Program-made: the position numbers and the translations under genes
Part shown: piece after piece, positions 1 to 10,373 of the stretch
How the letters are laid out: every line of letters starts with the position of its first letter
How positions within the stretch are numbered: the stretch's first letter is position 1
Notes under the pieces: generated by a model
Databases searched by the model: none
What the model was told of the DNA's origin: nothing
The model's input: only the letters and a program-made list of their open reading frames with translations
NCBI RefSeq assembly: GCF_000469585.1
Contig: NZ_AWNK01000004.1
Location: 40,311-104,310, forward strand
Reading direction: 5' to 3'
DNA: 64,000 bases
DNA from: Chrysiogenes arsenatis DSM 11915
GTDB taxonomy: Bacteria; Chrysiogenota; Chrysiogenetes; Chrysiogenales; Chrysiogenaceae

Positions 1-360
1 GTTCCAGAAGTTGAATTCGCTAAACTCGGAACCTACCACCATACCATCAGCTATATTTTAGCGCGGAGCTGGGGTGTTGCGCCGATGATTTCCGAAACGA
101 TCCTCTCCCATCACGAAAACGGTGCTGTGCGCGTCCCTGGCACAATGGCCATGGCGAAAGTTTCCGCTGCGCTCCAACTGGCCGACTATCTCGACTTGAT
201 TTATCAGCATAAGATTGGCAATATCACTGGGGTTGATACTTGGCCTGAAGAAGAATGGGCTGAAACACACGAAGAAACCCTTTTTCAACTTGATCTTGAT
301 GGCGCACAACTGAGCGACTTAATTGATGATTTTTTTATTTTCCTTGGTCAACAGGAGTAA
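1..360 (+). CDS. C-terminal fragment of an HDOD-domain signalling protein (5' end lies outside the window)
   Basis: Frame 1 is open from base 1 to the TAA at 358-360. Motifs resembling the C-terminal half of HDOD domains (..ILSHHEN.., ..LQLADYLDLIY..). The stop lies 3 nt before the next gene. Confidence 0.5.
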   Translation, partial: VPEVEFAKLGTYHHTISYILARSWGVAPMISETILSHHENGAVRVPGTMAMAKVSAALQLADYLDLIYQHKIGNITGVDTWPEEEWAETHEETLFQLDLDGAQLSDLIDDFFIFLGQQE

Positions 361-363
361 CGA

Positions 364-1320
364 TTGTCTAGCCAACCCGAACATTCGACGGAACAGAGCC
401 CCATCTATCCGCTCTGTTCCACGGCGCTTACGAAAAAATATCACGCATTTACCGCACTCCATCCACTTGATTTAACACTCAATTCTGGCGAAATCTTTGG
501 CCTTCTTGGACCGAATGGTGCGGGAAAAACTACGTTTATCTCCATGATTTCTGGCCTTATCGCACCGGATAGCGGCTCGATTACCATCGGTGGGTACAAT
601 CTTACAGAAAATCCAATTGAAGCGCGAATGCAGGTCGGCGTTGTACCACAGGAGATTGTTTCGCACGGTTTCTTTACCGTTAACCAGGTGTTGAATTTTC
701 ACTCCGGCTACTACGGCTTGCTGCGCAATCAAGAGCGGATTGATTATTTGTTGCATAAGTTGGCACTGTTTGAACACCGCAAAAAACTCGTACGTCAGCT
801 CTCAGGCGGCATGAAACGACGCTTGCTTATTGCTAAAGCGTTAGTTCACTTTCCACCTCTTTTACTCCTTGACGAACCAACGGCAGGTGTCGACGTTGAA
901 CTGCGTAATGATCTCTGGGAGTTTGTCGAAGAGCTCAATCGCGAACTGAAAACGACTATCCTCTTGACAACTCACTACCTTGAAGAGGCGGAAAAGCTCT
1001 GTCAACGCATTGGCGTGCTCCATCATGGTCGTTTGATTGCGCTTAATGATACCGCTGCGCTGATCCACCAGTTAACGTTGCGTCGTGTCACCTTAACGCT
1101 TGCCAACATTCCACCTCACCTGACGACGGTTGCGGGGATTTCATGTAATGGACACACGGTGAAGATCAACATCAAGCATGATGAAACGATTGGCCAACTC
1201 CTCAGTCGTCTTGCCATTCCATTGGACTCTCTCCACGACATTGTCGTGGATGAAGGTCGATTGGAAGAAGCCTTTAAAACGCTGATTCAGCAACATGGAA
1301 CAACAGGTGTACCACAATGA
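364..1320 (+). CDS. ABC transporter ATP-binding protein (ABC-2 type exporter ATPase)
   Basis: Walker A GPNGAGKTT, ABC signature LSGGMKRR, Walker B LLLLDEPT, H-loop TTHY. Probable TTG start with a CAGGAG RBS 6 nt upstream. Overlaps the downstream permease by 4 nt. Confidence 0.9.
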   Translation: MSSQPEHSTEQSPIYPLCSTALTKKYHAFTALHPLDLTLNSGEIFGLLGPNGAGKTTFISMISGLIAPDSGSITIGGYNLTENPIEARMQVGVVPQEIVSHGFFTVNQVLNFHSGYYGLLRNQERIDYLLHKLALFEHRKKLVRQLSGGMKRRLLIAKALVHFPPLLLLDEPTAGVDVELRNDLWEFVEELNRELKTTILLTTHYLEEAEKLCQRIGVLHHGRLIALNDTAALIHQLTLRRVTLTLANIPPHLTTVAGISCNGHTVKINIKHDETIGQLLSRLAIPLDSLHDIVVDEGRLEEAFKTLIQQHGTTGVPQ

Positions 1321-2105
1321 ATGGTCGAATTTTTGCTGGTTTCTACTCGCTCCTAAGCAAAGAAGTACTCCGTTTTTACCGCGTTGCCGGACAAACGATC
1401 TTTAGCCCGTTAATTAACGCGGCGCTTTACCTCCTGATTTTTGGTGTCAATCTGGCAGATAAAATTGACACGATGAATGGTGTAAATTATCTTCTTTTCA
1501 TCATCCCCGGCTTGATGGCGATGGCGCTGCTCAACAACGCCTTTCAAAATGCTTCCAGTTCGATAATCACGTCCAAATTTCATGGCGATTTTCAGGATCT
1601 GCGGGTCGTACCACTGCAACCGCTACAAATTGTCGCGGCGTACGGTCTGGCAGCGACGCTGCGCGGCGCCCTCGTTGGTGTCTGCGTTGGGATCGTGGGA
1701 CAACTCTTCCATTACAGCATGTATAGCACACTCATACCCATTGCAGCGCCTGGCTGGTTGCTCCTGTTTATGCTCATGGGTGGTTTGACTTTCGGCTTTT
1801 TGGGGCTATGTATTGCGATCTTCTCCACAAGTTTTGACCAAGTGAGTGCTATCAGCACCTTTGTGATTCTTCCACTTATCTACCTTGGCGGGGTGTTTTT
1901 CAGCATTGAATCAATGCACCCGTTCTGGCAGCATCTTTCGTACCTCAACCCACTATTTTATATCATTAATGGCGTTCGCTACGGAGTACTTGGTGTGAGC
2001 GATCTGGCGCCGTACGTGTCCATCATGTTGGCCACGGTTTTCATTCTGCTGGCAGGCAGTTTAGCCTTTTGGGCGGTAAAAAAAGGGAGCTACACAAAAT
2101 TCTAA
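1317..2105 (+). CDS. ABC-2 family transporter permease
   Basis: 262 aa, six hydrophobic helices, translationally coupled (ATGA overlap) to the upstream ABC ATPase. Typical ABC-2 permease size and topology. Confidence 0.8.
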   Translation: MNGRIFAGFYSLLSKEVLRFYRVAGQTIFSPLINAALYLLIFGVNLADKIDTMNGVNYLLFIIPGLMAMALLNNAFQNASSSIITSKFHGDFQDLRVVPLQPLQIVAAYGLAATLRGALVGVCVGIVGQLFHYSMYSTLIPIAAPGWLLLFMLMGGLTFGFLGLCIAIFSTSFDQVSAISTFVILPLIYLGGVFFSIESMHPFWQHLSYLNPLFYIINGVRYGVLGVSDLAPYVSIMLATVFILLAGSLAFWAVKKGSYTKF

Positions 2106-2163
2106 CGGATCATATTGTTGTGCAGTACACATTCTATTATGCGATAACGAAAAATCATATTCC

Positions 2164-2179
2164 GTCTCATATATGAGAC
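2164..2179. promoter_or_regulatory. Perfect 16-bp palindrome GTCTCATATATGAGAC, ~95 nt upstream of the hemerythrin-MCP start. Candidate operator.
   Basis: The reverse complement is identical to the forward sequence. It sits in the 167-nt intergenic region before the 2273 start (GGAGGG RBS at ~2260). Confidence 0.3.
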
Positions 2180-2272
2180 TTTCAGATTGCGTGCCGAAAG
2201 TGCTTCTGTTACATTTTTGCCTGCCAATATTGACGGCAGTCAATTGATCAAGTTCTATCTTGGAGGGGTACA

Positions 2273-3904
2273 ATGTCGGCATTCGGGAGAGTTATTGGTT
2301 TAGCAGGGGTAGCAACAGGGGTGATAACCATTGGGGTTTCGGTTCTCGCCACCATTATTGGAAGTAGTTCGCTTTGGATTCCGATTTTCATCACTGCACT
2401 CTTAGTATTCGGCGTATGTACCGTATTTGCCCAACAGGGTTTCAAAAAACAACTCAATGAACTTCAGCATGCCACGGAATCATTCCAAGCACATGGTACG
2501 ATTGACCTACGGGTGCAAATGAATTCAGGCAACAGCCGAGAGCTGGCAGAGTTCGACACCATTATCCGTTCGATTCACGATGGTGTTGCCAATGCGCAAG
2601 GAGCGGTTCACGAGATGAGTAACCTTGCGGCACCATTGGTTCATGATACCCGTGATGTCACCCATGAGTTTCGTTCCCATGTCGCTACCGTCAACTCAAT
2701 TGCGCAAGCGATGGGACAAATTGCTGCCAGCTCGCGCGATGTGATGGATACCCTGAATGAAATGATTCAGAAAACTGACTTCGCGAGTGGGCGCACTGAA
2801 GAAGGGAAGAGCCAGCTTGAGCTTGCCACCAGAAACATCGCGCTTATCCGTGACCGGACAGTCAAACTTTCCAGCACGATTCAGGAACTTTCCAACTCTT
2901 CTTCAAAAATCAACGCCATTTTAAATGTAATCAACGACATTGCCGATCAAACGAACCTGCTCGCGCTGAATGCGGCGATTGAAGCAGCACGTGCTGGTGA
3001 AGCAGGACGGGGATTCGCCGTTGTCGCTGATGAGGTGCGTAAACTGGCGGAACGGACGCAGAATGCCACCAAAGAGGTTTCCAGCATCATTGCTAATCTC
3101 TACAACGAAACCGAACTCGCCTTTAGTGAAATGGAACAATCTCGCAAAAGTGTTGAAGAAGGGGTTGAAGTTATCGGAAAAACCGAAACGATTTTTGCTG
3201 AAATTGTTGAATCGGTCAGCGAGATTGACCAAGGCAATGGGGTGATTGGCTTCGCTGTCCGCGAGCAGAACCAAACCATTCAGAAAATCAACGATTCATT
3301 GCAATCGATGGTCAGTGGCGTCGAACGGAGCACGTTAGCCCTGTCGACACTGGGCGATAGTGTCGATTCGCTGGCACACATTTCTCGCGAAGCTGAAGGG
3401 ATACTTGGTCAATTTACCGTTCATGGTGGCACAAAGTCACCATCGCCCGTAAGTTCAAGTAAATCAATGCGTCTTGTCAGCGGTGCGCACAAAGGTGGGC
3501 CGTTCATCGTCTGGAGCGATGCGCTCAATTCTGGGGTCAACTTTATTGATTCTGAACATAAACAACTGGTTAAAATAGTGAATAAATTAGCCGATGCCGT
3601 TCGCGCCGGTGCAGGGAAAGAAGTTCTTGGTAAAGTGTTTAACGAGTTACTCGGCTACACGGCGGATCACTTCAAAGATGAAGAGACCCATATGCACAAA
3701 TATCAGTATCCAGAGTACTCCGCGCATAAAGCAGAGCACGAAAAACTGGTGCAACAGGCTCTGACACTCAAAAGTAAGTTTGAAGCTGGAGACTTACTGG
3801 TCGCCAGCGATACGCTCGACTTTCTTAAAAGCTGGTTGACAGAACACATCATGGGCAGAGATATTAAACTTGGAGAATACCTCAGGAGTAAAGGAGTTAA
3901 ATAA
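2273..3904 (+). CDS. Methyl-accepting chemotaxis protein with a C-terminal hemerythrin-like domain (DcrH-like O2/iron sensor)
   Basis: Two N-terminal TM helices with no periplasmic domain. MCP signalling domain (..[32 protein letters not shown]..). The C-terminal ~130 aa carry hemerythrin His/Glu ligand spacing ([24 protein letters not shown]). Confidence 0.85.
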   Translation: MSAFGRVIGLAGVATGVITIGVSVLATIIGSSSLWIPIFITALLVFGVCTVFAQQGFKKQLNELQHATESFQAHGTIDLRVQMNSGNSRELAEFDTIIRSIHDGVANAQGAVHEMSNLAAPLVHDTRDVTHEFRSHVATVNSIAQAMGQIAASSRDVMDTLNEMIQKTDFASGRTEEGKSQLELATRNIALIRDRTVKLSSTIQELSNSSSKINAILNVINDIADQTNLLALNAAIEAARAGEAGRGFAVVADEVRKLAERTQNATKEVSSIIANLYNETELAFSEMEQSRKSVEEGVEVIGKTETIFAEIVESVSEIDQGNGVIGFAVREQNQTIQKINDSLQSMVSGVERSTLALSTLGDSVDSLAHISREAEGILGQFTVHGGTKSPSPVSSSKSMRLVSGAHKGGPFIVWSDALNSGVNFIDSEHKQLVKIVNKLADAVRAGAGKEVLGKVFNELLGYTADHFKDEETHMHKYQYPEYSAHKAEHEKLVQQALTLKSKFEAGDLLVASDTLDFLKSWLTEHIMGRDIKLGEYLRSKGVK

Positions 3905-3912
3905 CGCACATC

Positions 3913-5379
3913 ATGCAAACATTTATTGTCGTCAACAACCCAGATGATTGGCTCTTTGATATTGATGGAGTAGAGGTTCTCTCTGCGTGGGAGTACCTTA
4001 CGAATCCGTACTACAGCAAACTTAAAGGGGTTCAACTCTTTAATCTCTGCCGTTCGTATATGTATCAGAGCTATGGCTACTATGTATCGTTGCTTGCATC
4101 ATCGCGAGGACATAAACCGTTGCCGACAGTAATGACAATGCAAGATCTTGCGACTCCTGGCCTCCTACGAGTAGCAACGCCTGAGCTTGACCATTTAATT
4201 CAAAAAACGCTCGAATCACTGCAACCAGATACCTTTACCCTTTCGATTTATTTCGGTCGTAATTTTGCGAAACGGTACGACAAACTCTGTCGCCATCTGT
4301 ATCGCTTATTTGAAGCACCCTTCGTGCGTGCCAATTTCGAGCGCATTGCGGGACGTTGGCATTTAACGCATATTGCGCCCATTTCGGCGAATAACGTCCC
4401 AGAAGACCATCGGGAATTTATTGCCCTCTCGGCGCAAGAGTACTTTAGTAAACGCCGCCAAAGTCTTCCACGTCGCAGTAAGTACCGCTATGACTTGGCG
4501 ATCTTGCATGACCCAGACGACCCTATGCCGCCATCTGACCCAAAAGCCATTGCAAAATTTATCAAGGCCGCTAATGCCTTAGGCATTGCCACGGAAATGA
4601 TTACCAAAGATGACTACAACCGCTTGAGTGAATTCGATATGCTCTTTATTCGCGAAACCACTCATGTGAACCATCATACGTACCAGTTCGCCAGAAGAGC
4701 AGAATCAGAAGGGCTGGTCACAATTGACGACCCGCAATCTATCCTGCGTTGCACCAATAAAGTGTACCTTGCCGAGCTATTGCAAACGAATCGCGTCCCA
4801 ACGCCGCATACCGTAATTGTCCATCGTGGCAATCTGGATAATGTGGAAGAGGAGCTCGACTATCCGATGATCCTGAAACAGCCTGATAGTTCTTTTTCGC
4901 AAGGGGTAAAAAAAGTCAATACCCCCAAAGAGTACCGTACCGTCGCGTTGCAAATGCTGGAAACATCTGCCCTGCTGATTGCGCAGGAGTTTATCCCAAC
5001 GACGTTTGACTGGCGCATTGGCGTGTTTGATCATCAGCCATTGTACGTGTGCAAATACTACATGGCGGCCAAGCACTGGCAAATCATTAAAAGCGATTCC
5101 AACGGGAAAGCGCAAGTCGGTCGATTCGAAGCAATAGCCGTCGAACACGCACCACCCAAAGTCATTAAAATGGCGCTGAAAGCCTGCGACCTGATTGGTG
5201 ACGGATTTTATGGAGTCGACATCAAGCAGGTAGATAACAAACTCTACCTGATTGAAGTCAACGATAATCCCAACATCGATGCGGGCGTGGAAGACTCTAT
5301 TGAAAAAGATGAGCTCTATTCACGAATTATGCGAATCATGCTACGCCGCGTGGAGCGGCGCAAAGAGCAACGCTACTAA
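3913..5379 (+). CDS. RimK-family ATP-grasp ligase with an N-terminal accessory domain
   Basis: C-terminal ATP-grasp fold (..MILKQPDSSFSQGVKKV.., ..GVDIKQVDNKLYLIEVNDNPNID..) preceded by a ~230-aa conserved N-domain. Starts 9 nt after the MCP stop, so likely co-transcribed. Confidence 0.7.
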   Translation: MQTFIVVNNPDDWLFDIDGVEVLSAWEYLTNPYYSKLKGVQLFNLCRSYMYQSYGYYVSLLASSRGHKPLPTVMTMQDLATPGLLRVATPELDHLIQKTLESLQPDTFTLSIYFGRNFAKRYDKLCRHLYRLFEAPFVRANFERIAGRWHLTHIAPISANNVPEDHREFIALSAQEYFSKRRQSLPRRSKYRYDLAILHDPDDPMPPSDPKAIAKFIKAANALGIATEMITKDDYNRLSEFDMLFIRETTHVNHHTYQFARRAESEGLVTIDDPQSILRCTNKVYLAELLQTNRVPTPHTVIVHRGNLDNVEEELDYPMILKQPDSSFSQGVKKVNTPKEYRTVALQMLETSALLIAQEFIPTTFDWRIGVFDHQPLYVCKYYMAAKHWQIIKSDSNGKAQVGRFEAIAVEHAPPKVIKMALKACDLIGDGFYGVDIKQVDNKLYLIEVNDNPNIDAGVEDSIEKDELYSRIMRIMLRRVERRKEQRY

Positions 5380-5396
5380 CCGATAGCGAGTTATTT

Positions 5397-7526
5397 TTAT
5401 TCCACAAATGGCAAGGTAAAGTAAAACGTAGACCCCTCGCCATACACTGAGTCAAAGCCTATCGTTCCACCCATTTTATGGATAATTTCACGCGAAATAG
5501 CCAGTCCCAGTCCGGTACCGCCTTTTGGGCGCGTATCGGATGAGTCGGCTTGCGAGAACCGTTTAAATATGCGCTCGCGAAACTCATCGGGAATGCCGCT
5601 CCCATAATCACGGATGGCCACCCGTACGTTCTGCCCTTCGCGCGTACAGTGAATTTCCACAGTACTTCCAGCCGGAGAGAATTTTGCAGCATTGGATAAA
5701 AGATTGGCTATCACCTGTTGCAGCCGCTTTTCATCAGCGTTCACGAACAAGTTATCGTCACGCGTCATCAGCACAAAGGTTGAGCTATGCTCTTGAGCAA
5801 AGGTTTGGTGCGTATTAATGGACTCGACAGCAATCGCCCCTACTTCAAGCCGTTTCATGGCGAATTCCATACGACCTGAGGCTATTTTTTCAATATCGAG
5901 AAGGTCGTTGATCAGTAAGGTGAGTCTGTCACTATTACTTTTCGCAATTTTTATCATTTGTGTTGCCTCGGGTGACAATTGGCCAAGTTGACCGCTGTCA
6001 ATCAACGTAATCGCGCCACGAATAGAGGTTAATGGCGTCCGCAGTTCGTGACTGACAGTGGAAATAAATTGGTTTTTCATCATTTCAACCCGTTTGCGCT
6101 CAGTAATATCAAGGTTTGTGCCGATCATGCGCACGGCCTTACCCTCCTCGTTGCGAATCACACACGCATCGGCCTGAATCCAACGGACGGTTATCCCATC
6201 GGGGTGAATGACACGAAATTCTGTTTTGAACTCCTTCCCCCCTTGTATAGCTTGTTGGATAAGAGCATGCGCTGATGCCGCATCATCTGGATGCAGCCCG
6301 TTTTGCCACGCTTCATAGGCAGCGCCAAAATTGCTTTTAGAAAGGCCGTAGAGCCGATACATATTGTCGTCCCACGTCAGTTTATTCTGGAGAATGTCAT
6401 AGTCCCAAATACCAATCCCAGTACCTGAAGTCGCCAGATAGAGGCGTTGTCGCTGTTCATCACGCGAAGCTAAAAGTCGGTTAAAAGCGCCAACCAGCTG
6501 ACCAACCTCATCATTTACGTGCACGGGGATCGCCTGAAATGCTTCTCGTTCATTCACCATCGAATCGATGGTCATAATTGACTGACGCAACGGCGCTAAA
6601 ATTCGCCCCAACTGCGAAATTAAGAGGAGAGCAAAAAGAGCTAGCAGTCCCAACGTCGATAGTGCAAGGTTAGAAACTAAATGCGCAACCGGAGCAAGTA
6701 CTTTTTCTTCTGGTAACGCCTTTACGACAATCCATCCCATTTGTGGCATCACAGCACTTGCATAAAGCAATTTTGTTCCATTACGCTCAGTAATAGCTCC
6801 ACTTTGCGACGTAGTTAAGGCAGCATCTATCAGTGGAATGATGCCATGCGGCGGTAAGGGTTGCATGGAGAGCGAAAAGTCGTGCGATGTAACAATCAAC
6901 TTATTAACGGGGTCAATAATATAGAGGAGCTCGTCCGAGCGCAGCACTTGGCCGCTAGGCACTAAAAAATTGTTGACTTCTAAAAAGGTGATACCGATTA
7001 AAAATCCAAGTACCCCTTCGGTTTCTGAAAGAATGGGGACATTGATGAAAAAACTTGGACGATTGGCACGCGAAGCGATTAACGGTTGCGTGATCACCGG
7101 TTGTTTGGTTTTTCGTGCTTCCTGAATATGTTCCCGTTGCGAGATATTTAACCCAATTCTACCACTGTTTTTTGGCGCTTCCCCGACACCAATACCCGCA
7201 GCATCGGCAACCATCAAACCACCGTTAAATGTCTGTCTTACCAGTACAATACCATCAAGCAATTGCGCCATCGAAGCTTCATCAAGTAATTTTCCTCCAT
7301 CTTGCAGGAGCGGCGCGAGTCGCATCAATAAGATTTTTCGCTCTTCTAATGCTTTTGACGCATACGTTACGAGCAACTGTGCTTTCTCTTGCTGTTCCGC
7401 AATCAGTAATTGTTTGACGTCACGTGAGACAGTGACTTGCATGAAAATCACTAATATAAATGCCGCAATGGCGAAAAAAAATAACGATGAGAGAATAATG
7501 CGCCGCGATATTGAGAGTTGCTTCAT
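5397..7526 (-). CDS. Sensor histidine kinase (periplasmic Cache-like sensor, HAMP, PAS, HisKA, HATPase)
   Basis: TM helix, ~260-aa periplasmic region, second TM, a PAS block (..IWDYDILQNKLTWDD..), H-box ..STVSHELRTPLTSIRG.., and N/G1/G2 boxes (..NLLSNAAKFS.., ..DYGSGIP.., GGTGLGLAI). Confidence 0.85.
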   Translation of the reverse strand: MKQLSISRRIILSSLFFFAIAAFILVIFMQVTVSRDVKQLLIAEQQEKAQLLVTYASKALEERKILLMRLAPLLQDGGKLLDEASMAQLLDGIVLVRQTFNGGLMVADAAGIGVGEAPKNSGRIGLNISQREHIQEARKTKQPVITQPLIASRANRPSFFINVPILSETEGVLGFLIGITFLEVNNFLVPSGQVLRSDELLYIIDPVNKLIVTSHDFSLSMQPLPPHGIIPLIDAALTTSQSGAITERNGTKLLYASAVMPQMGWIVVKALPEEKVLAPVAHLVSNLALSTLGLLALFALLLISQLGRILAPLRQSIMTIDSMVNEREAFQAIPVHVNDEVGQLVGAFNRLLASRDEQRQRLYLATSGTGIGIWDYDILQNKLTWDDNMYRLYGLSKSNFGAAYEAWQNGLHPDDAASAHALIQQAIQGGKEFKTEFRVIHPDGITVRWIQADACVIRNEEGKAVRMIGTNLDITERKRVEMMKNQFISTVSHELRTPLTSIRGAITLIDSGQLGQLSPEATQMIKIAKSNSDRLTLLINDLLDIEKIASGRMEFAMKRLEVGAIAVESINTHQTFAQEHSSTFVLMTRDDNLFVNADEKRLQQVIANLLSNAAKFSPAGSTVEIHCTREGQNVRVAIRDYGSGIPDEFRERIFKRFSQADSSDTRPKGGTGLGLAISREIIHKMGGTIGFDSVYGEGSTFYFTLPFVE

Positions 7527-7542
7527 GGTGTCCCTGCTTCGA

Positions 7543-8319
7543 TCAACTTTTTGCTATTGAAGGTTTTTGCTGCAGTGCACGGAGTATCTTGCCTATATTC
7601 TCCAACATAAAAGCATCTCGCTTGACAACATGATCAAGTGGAATGCAAGCCGGGATATTGGAAGTATCGCTCGCTAATACAACGGTTGATGTTGTGCGGT
7701 TGCGATTATCGGAATAACGGATGCCACACAACACACCAAAGGCGCTGATATCACTTAAATGGCGAGCCGTGATGATAAGGTCAAATTTCTCCAGCAGGAG
7801 AACTTCTAACGCTTTCATGCCGGTGGTGACGTGTGTTTCACGTGCATGATGCTCTTGCAGTACCTTGCGGTAGGAATGGGCAAAGGTTTTGGATGGTTCG
7901 ATAACTAACACGGATAATTCACCACCAGTTGCCGTCGCTAAAGAGTCAAGGGCTTCTTGAATCGATGTGATATTCCCGCGCTCACTCGCATCCCGTACTT
8001 GCAGCAAGAGGTCAACATATCGCAAGCTATTATCGGCAAAAGGAGGAGCATAATTCCCGTGAGCAGCAGTTAACGAATTTTCCAGTGCATGACAAATAGA
8101 TGTCACAATCGGCAACCCGAGTGTTCCACCTGTCCCTTTTAAACTATGTACTTTGCGGTACAGCTCATCAAAAATAACGGCATGATGCGCGGTGGGGTCT
8201 TCAAGCTTCAGCAACAACGCTTCGATTTGATAGCATTTTTCTGGAAGTTCATGCAGAAAAGAACCCGTCATTTGCAACATTAGAGCGGCGATAGCGTCGT
8301 GTCCGTTGGTCGCGCTCAT
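7543..8319 (-). CDS. Hpt domain fused to a receiver-like domain (phosphorelay intermediate)
   Basis: Hpt motif ..HSLKGTGGTLGL.., followed by a CheY-like fold with a D in the phospho-acceptor position (..FDLIITA..). I place the start at the ATG at 8319, which has a perfect AGGAGG RBS and an ATGA overlap with the upstream gene. The ORF-track start at 8349 is less likely. Confidence 0.7.
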   Translation of the reverse strand: MSATNGHDAIAALMLQMTGSFLHELPEKCYQIEALLLKLEDPTAHHAVIFDELYRKVHSLKGTGGTLGLPIVTSICHALENSLTAAHGNYAPPFADNSLRYVDLLLQVRDASERGNITSIQEALDSLATATGGELSVLVIEPSKTFAHSYRKVLQEHHARETHVTTGMKALEVLLLEKFDLIITARHLSDISAFGVLCGIRYSDNRNRTTSTVVLASDTSNIPACIPLDHVVKRDAFMLENIGKILRALQQKPSIAKS

Positions 8320-9968
8320 ACTGTTTCCTCCTTGCGGAGAGCGACACATACTTTATTTCTGCCGCTCCGTTTAGCGTCATACAAGGCACCATCAGCGGCT
8401 TCGAGAATAGAAAAATCGGGGTACTCAGTGTTCGTCGCCATGCCACTGCTCAGGGTGCAACTAAATGACAACTCATCGTGCATAAACGGGATCGCGGCAA
8501 ATTTTTCGCGAATATCATTCAGAATATCGCAGGCAGCTTCAACGGTACAGTTCAGGAGCACGGCGGCGAATTCCTCCCCTCCATAACGAGCCACAATATC
8601 GGTTTTTCGTAAGCGTTGTTTTAAAAGGTGCGCTAAAGCTTTGATGACACGATCCCCCATTCCATGTCCATAGGTATCATTCACTTTTTTAAAGTGGTCA
8701 ATATCGAACATGGCCACAACGAGTGGTTCTTGTGTGCGACGTGAACGCTCCAACTCTGTCACCAGCTGTTCTTTGAAATTGACGTGCTTCAGCAGTCCCG
8801 TCATGCTATCGCGTGAAATAAGGTTGTTCAGCTGCCGTGCACGCGCCACACGCGCCGTGACTGCGGCGATAAGATAATTATCAGCTATCGGTTTTGTCAG
8901 AAAATCGTCGCCACCATTCAGCATAGCCTTAATGTGCATCTGTAAATCAGTTTCAGCGGAAAGGTAGACAATAGGGACACCAAGCCACTCATCGCGCATA
9001 CGCAACATGCGGGCTAACTCCGTGCCAGAATATCCTGGCATATGGATATCCATTAAAATCAATTCAGGGCGCAACTCGTCTGCCGCAGCAAAAAGTTCGG
9101 TAGGTTCAGTAACGACACCGACTTCCATGCCTGCCCGTTGTAATACCAACTGGTAATGGCAGGCCAAATCGATATCATCATCAACAATCATAACGCGATA
9201 CGGAGCTACGTCACGTTGATTAAATGTTCTTTCTAAGCGATCAACCAGTTTGGGAATATCGACCGGTTTTTTAAAATATCCCTGCGCCCCGACACGAGCG
9301 GCCATGATTTGAGCGCGAAAATCATCACGATTGGAAATAAAAATGAACTCTGACGGTATTTCCCCTTGAAATAACTCGCGCCCATGCGCAAAATAGTCCG
9401 CAACATCAGCCGAAAAATCGGTATCAATAACAATTGCTTCGGGAATTTTTCCCTGTTTCAGTTCATTAAGATGTGCCGTGTACGTCAAAAAACTGGCTAC
9501 CGAATAGCCGAAGTTCACTAATTCCTTTTTGAGATCGTTCGCCGTTTCAACCTGTGTTGCTAACAGATGAATGGTTCTTGTCTCCGACAGCGAAGGGGGA
9601 ACACAGGCGGGCTTTTCCATTGTTTCTGGTTGGTTGACTGATTTTGCATGTTCGTGGAGTGCCGCAACGCGACTGACAAGATCATCCAGCACAGGCTTAT
9701 TGACCCCATCTTGTGTGTGCAGCAGGGCTTGTACTTGCGTTTCCAGTTCACGTGCCGCTTGACTGAGCTGGGGAAATCCAAACGTTCCACCTGACCCTGC
9801 CAGCTTGTGTAACTTTTGGTGCAGCTCGCTCAAAACTGATTCAATCTCTTGGCTATCCAAAAGAGTGTTTGCTAAGGTATTCAGTGACGCTAATTCGCTG
9901 GCGAGTTTAGCCGCATAGCTTTGCTTGAGCGCCACTAATTGCTGCTGTAATTGTTCTTGGTTATCCAT
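8316..9968 (-). CDS. Hpt-REC-REC-GGDEF diguanylate cyclase
   Basis: N-terminal Hpt (..HKLAGSGGTFGF..), two receiver domains (..MIVDDD.., ..LILMDIHMPGYSG..), then a C-terminal GGDEF domain with an intact GGEEF (..RYGGEEFAAVL..) and an RxxD I-site (RKTD) 5 residues upstream. Confidence 0.85.
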   Translation of the reverse strand: MDNQEQLQQQLVALKQSYAAKLASELASLNTLANTLLDSQEIESVLSELHQKLHKLAGSGGTFGFPQLSQAARELETQVQALLHTQDGVNKPVLDDLVSRVAALHEHAKSVNQPETMEKPACVPPSLSETRTIHLLATQVETANDLKKELVNFGYSVASFLTYTAHLNELKQGKIPEAIVIDTDFSADVADYFAHGRELFQGEIPSEFIFISNRDDFRAQIMAARVGAQGYFKKPVDIPKLVDRLERTFNQRDVAPYRVMIVDDDIDLACHYQLVLQRAGMEVGVVTEPTELFAAADELRPELILMDIHMPGYSGTELARMLRMRDEWLGVPIVYLSAETDLQMHIKAMLNGGDDFLTKPIADNYLIAAVTARVARARQLNNLISRDSMTGLLKHVNFKEQLVTELERSRRTQEPLVVAMFDIDHFKKVNDTYGHGMGDRVIKALAHLLKQRLRKTDIVARYGGEEFAAVLLNCTVEAACDILNDIREKFAAIPFMHDELSFSCTLSSGMATNTEYPDFSILEAADGALYDAKRSGRNKVCVALRKEETV

Positions 9969-10359
9969 TTCCGCGCTCCATATGCCCCCGCCACAATTGG
10001 CGTACCGTATCAGCTAATACCATAGCGTCAAATGGTTTTGCGATCACATCAATAGCGCCAAGTGCCTTATAATGGCTTACTTCTGGCGGCTGCACTTTCG
10101 CCGTCATGAATATCACGGGGATATCTTTCGTTTCTGGGTCGCAGCGCAAATTTTCCAGTGTAGTCGGGCCATCCATTTCAGGCATCATCACATCAAGCAG
10201 AATAAGATCGGGTTGAAAGATTTTTACTATCTCGAGTGCTTTTACCCCATGTTCAGCAACGGATACGGTAAATCCGCCCATCAACTCAAGAGTCATTTTG
10301 GCAATCGTTTGAATGTCCGGTTCATCCTCAACCAAAAGAATTTTATTGAGATCAGGCAC
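9961..10359 (-). CDS. Single-domain CheY-like response regulator (receiver)
   Basis: ..ILLVEDEPDIQ.., ..DLILLDVMMPEMDG.., ..IFMTAK... 132 aa. 8-nt overlap with the downstream Hpt-REC-REC-GGDEF gene. Confidence 0.85.
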   Translation of the reverse strand: MPDLNKILLVEDEPDIQTIAKMTLELMGGFTVSVAEHGVKALEIVKIFQPDLILLDVMMPEMDGPTTLENLRCDPETKDIPVIFMTAKVQPPEVSHYKALGAIDVIAKPFDAMVLADTVRQLWRGHMERGNG

Positions 10360-10373
10360 AAGAACACCTCTTA

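Noticed and set aside
7543-8349. ORF-track start for the Hpt-receiver protein at 8349 (268 aa) and for the SDR at 32719, pnp at 27231, gyrB at 21183, and the SPFH protein at 32528
   Set aside because: In each case an internal ATG with a strong Shine-Dalgarno sequence gives a better start. For gyrB and pnp this also matches the conserved N-terminus. The adopted starts are 8319, 32770, 27216, 21126 and 32456. The longer N-terminal extensions would overlap upstream genes or RBS sequences.
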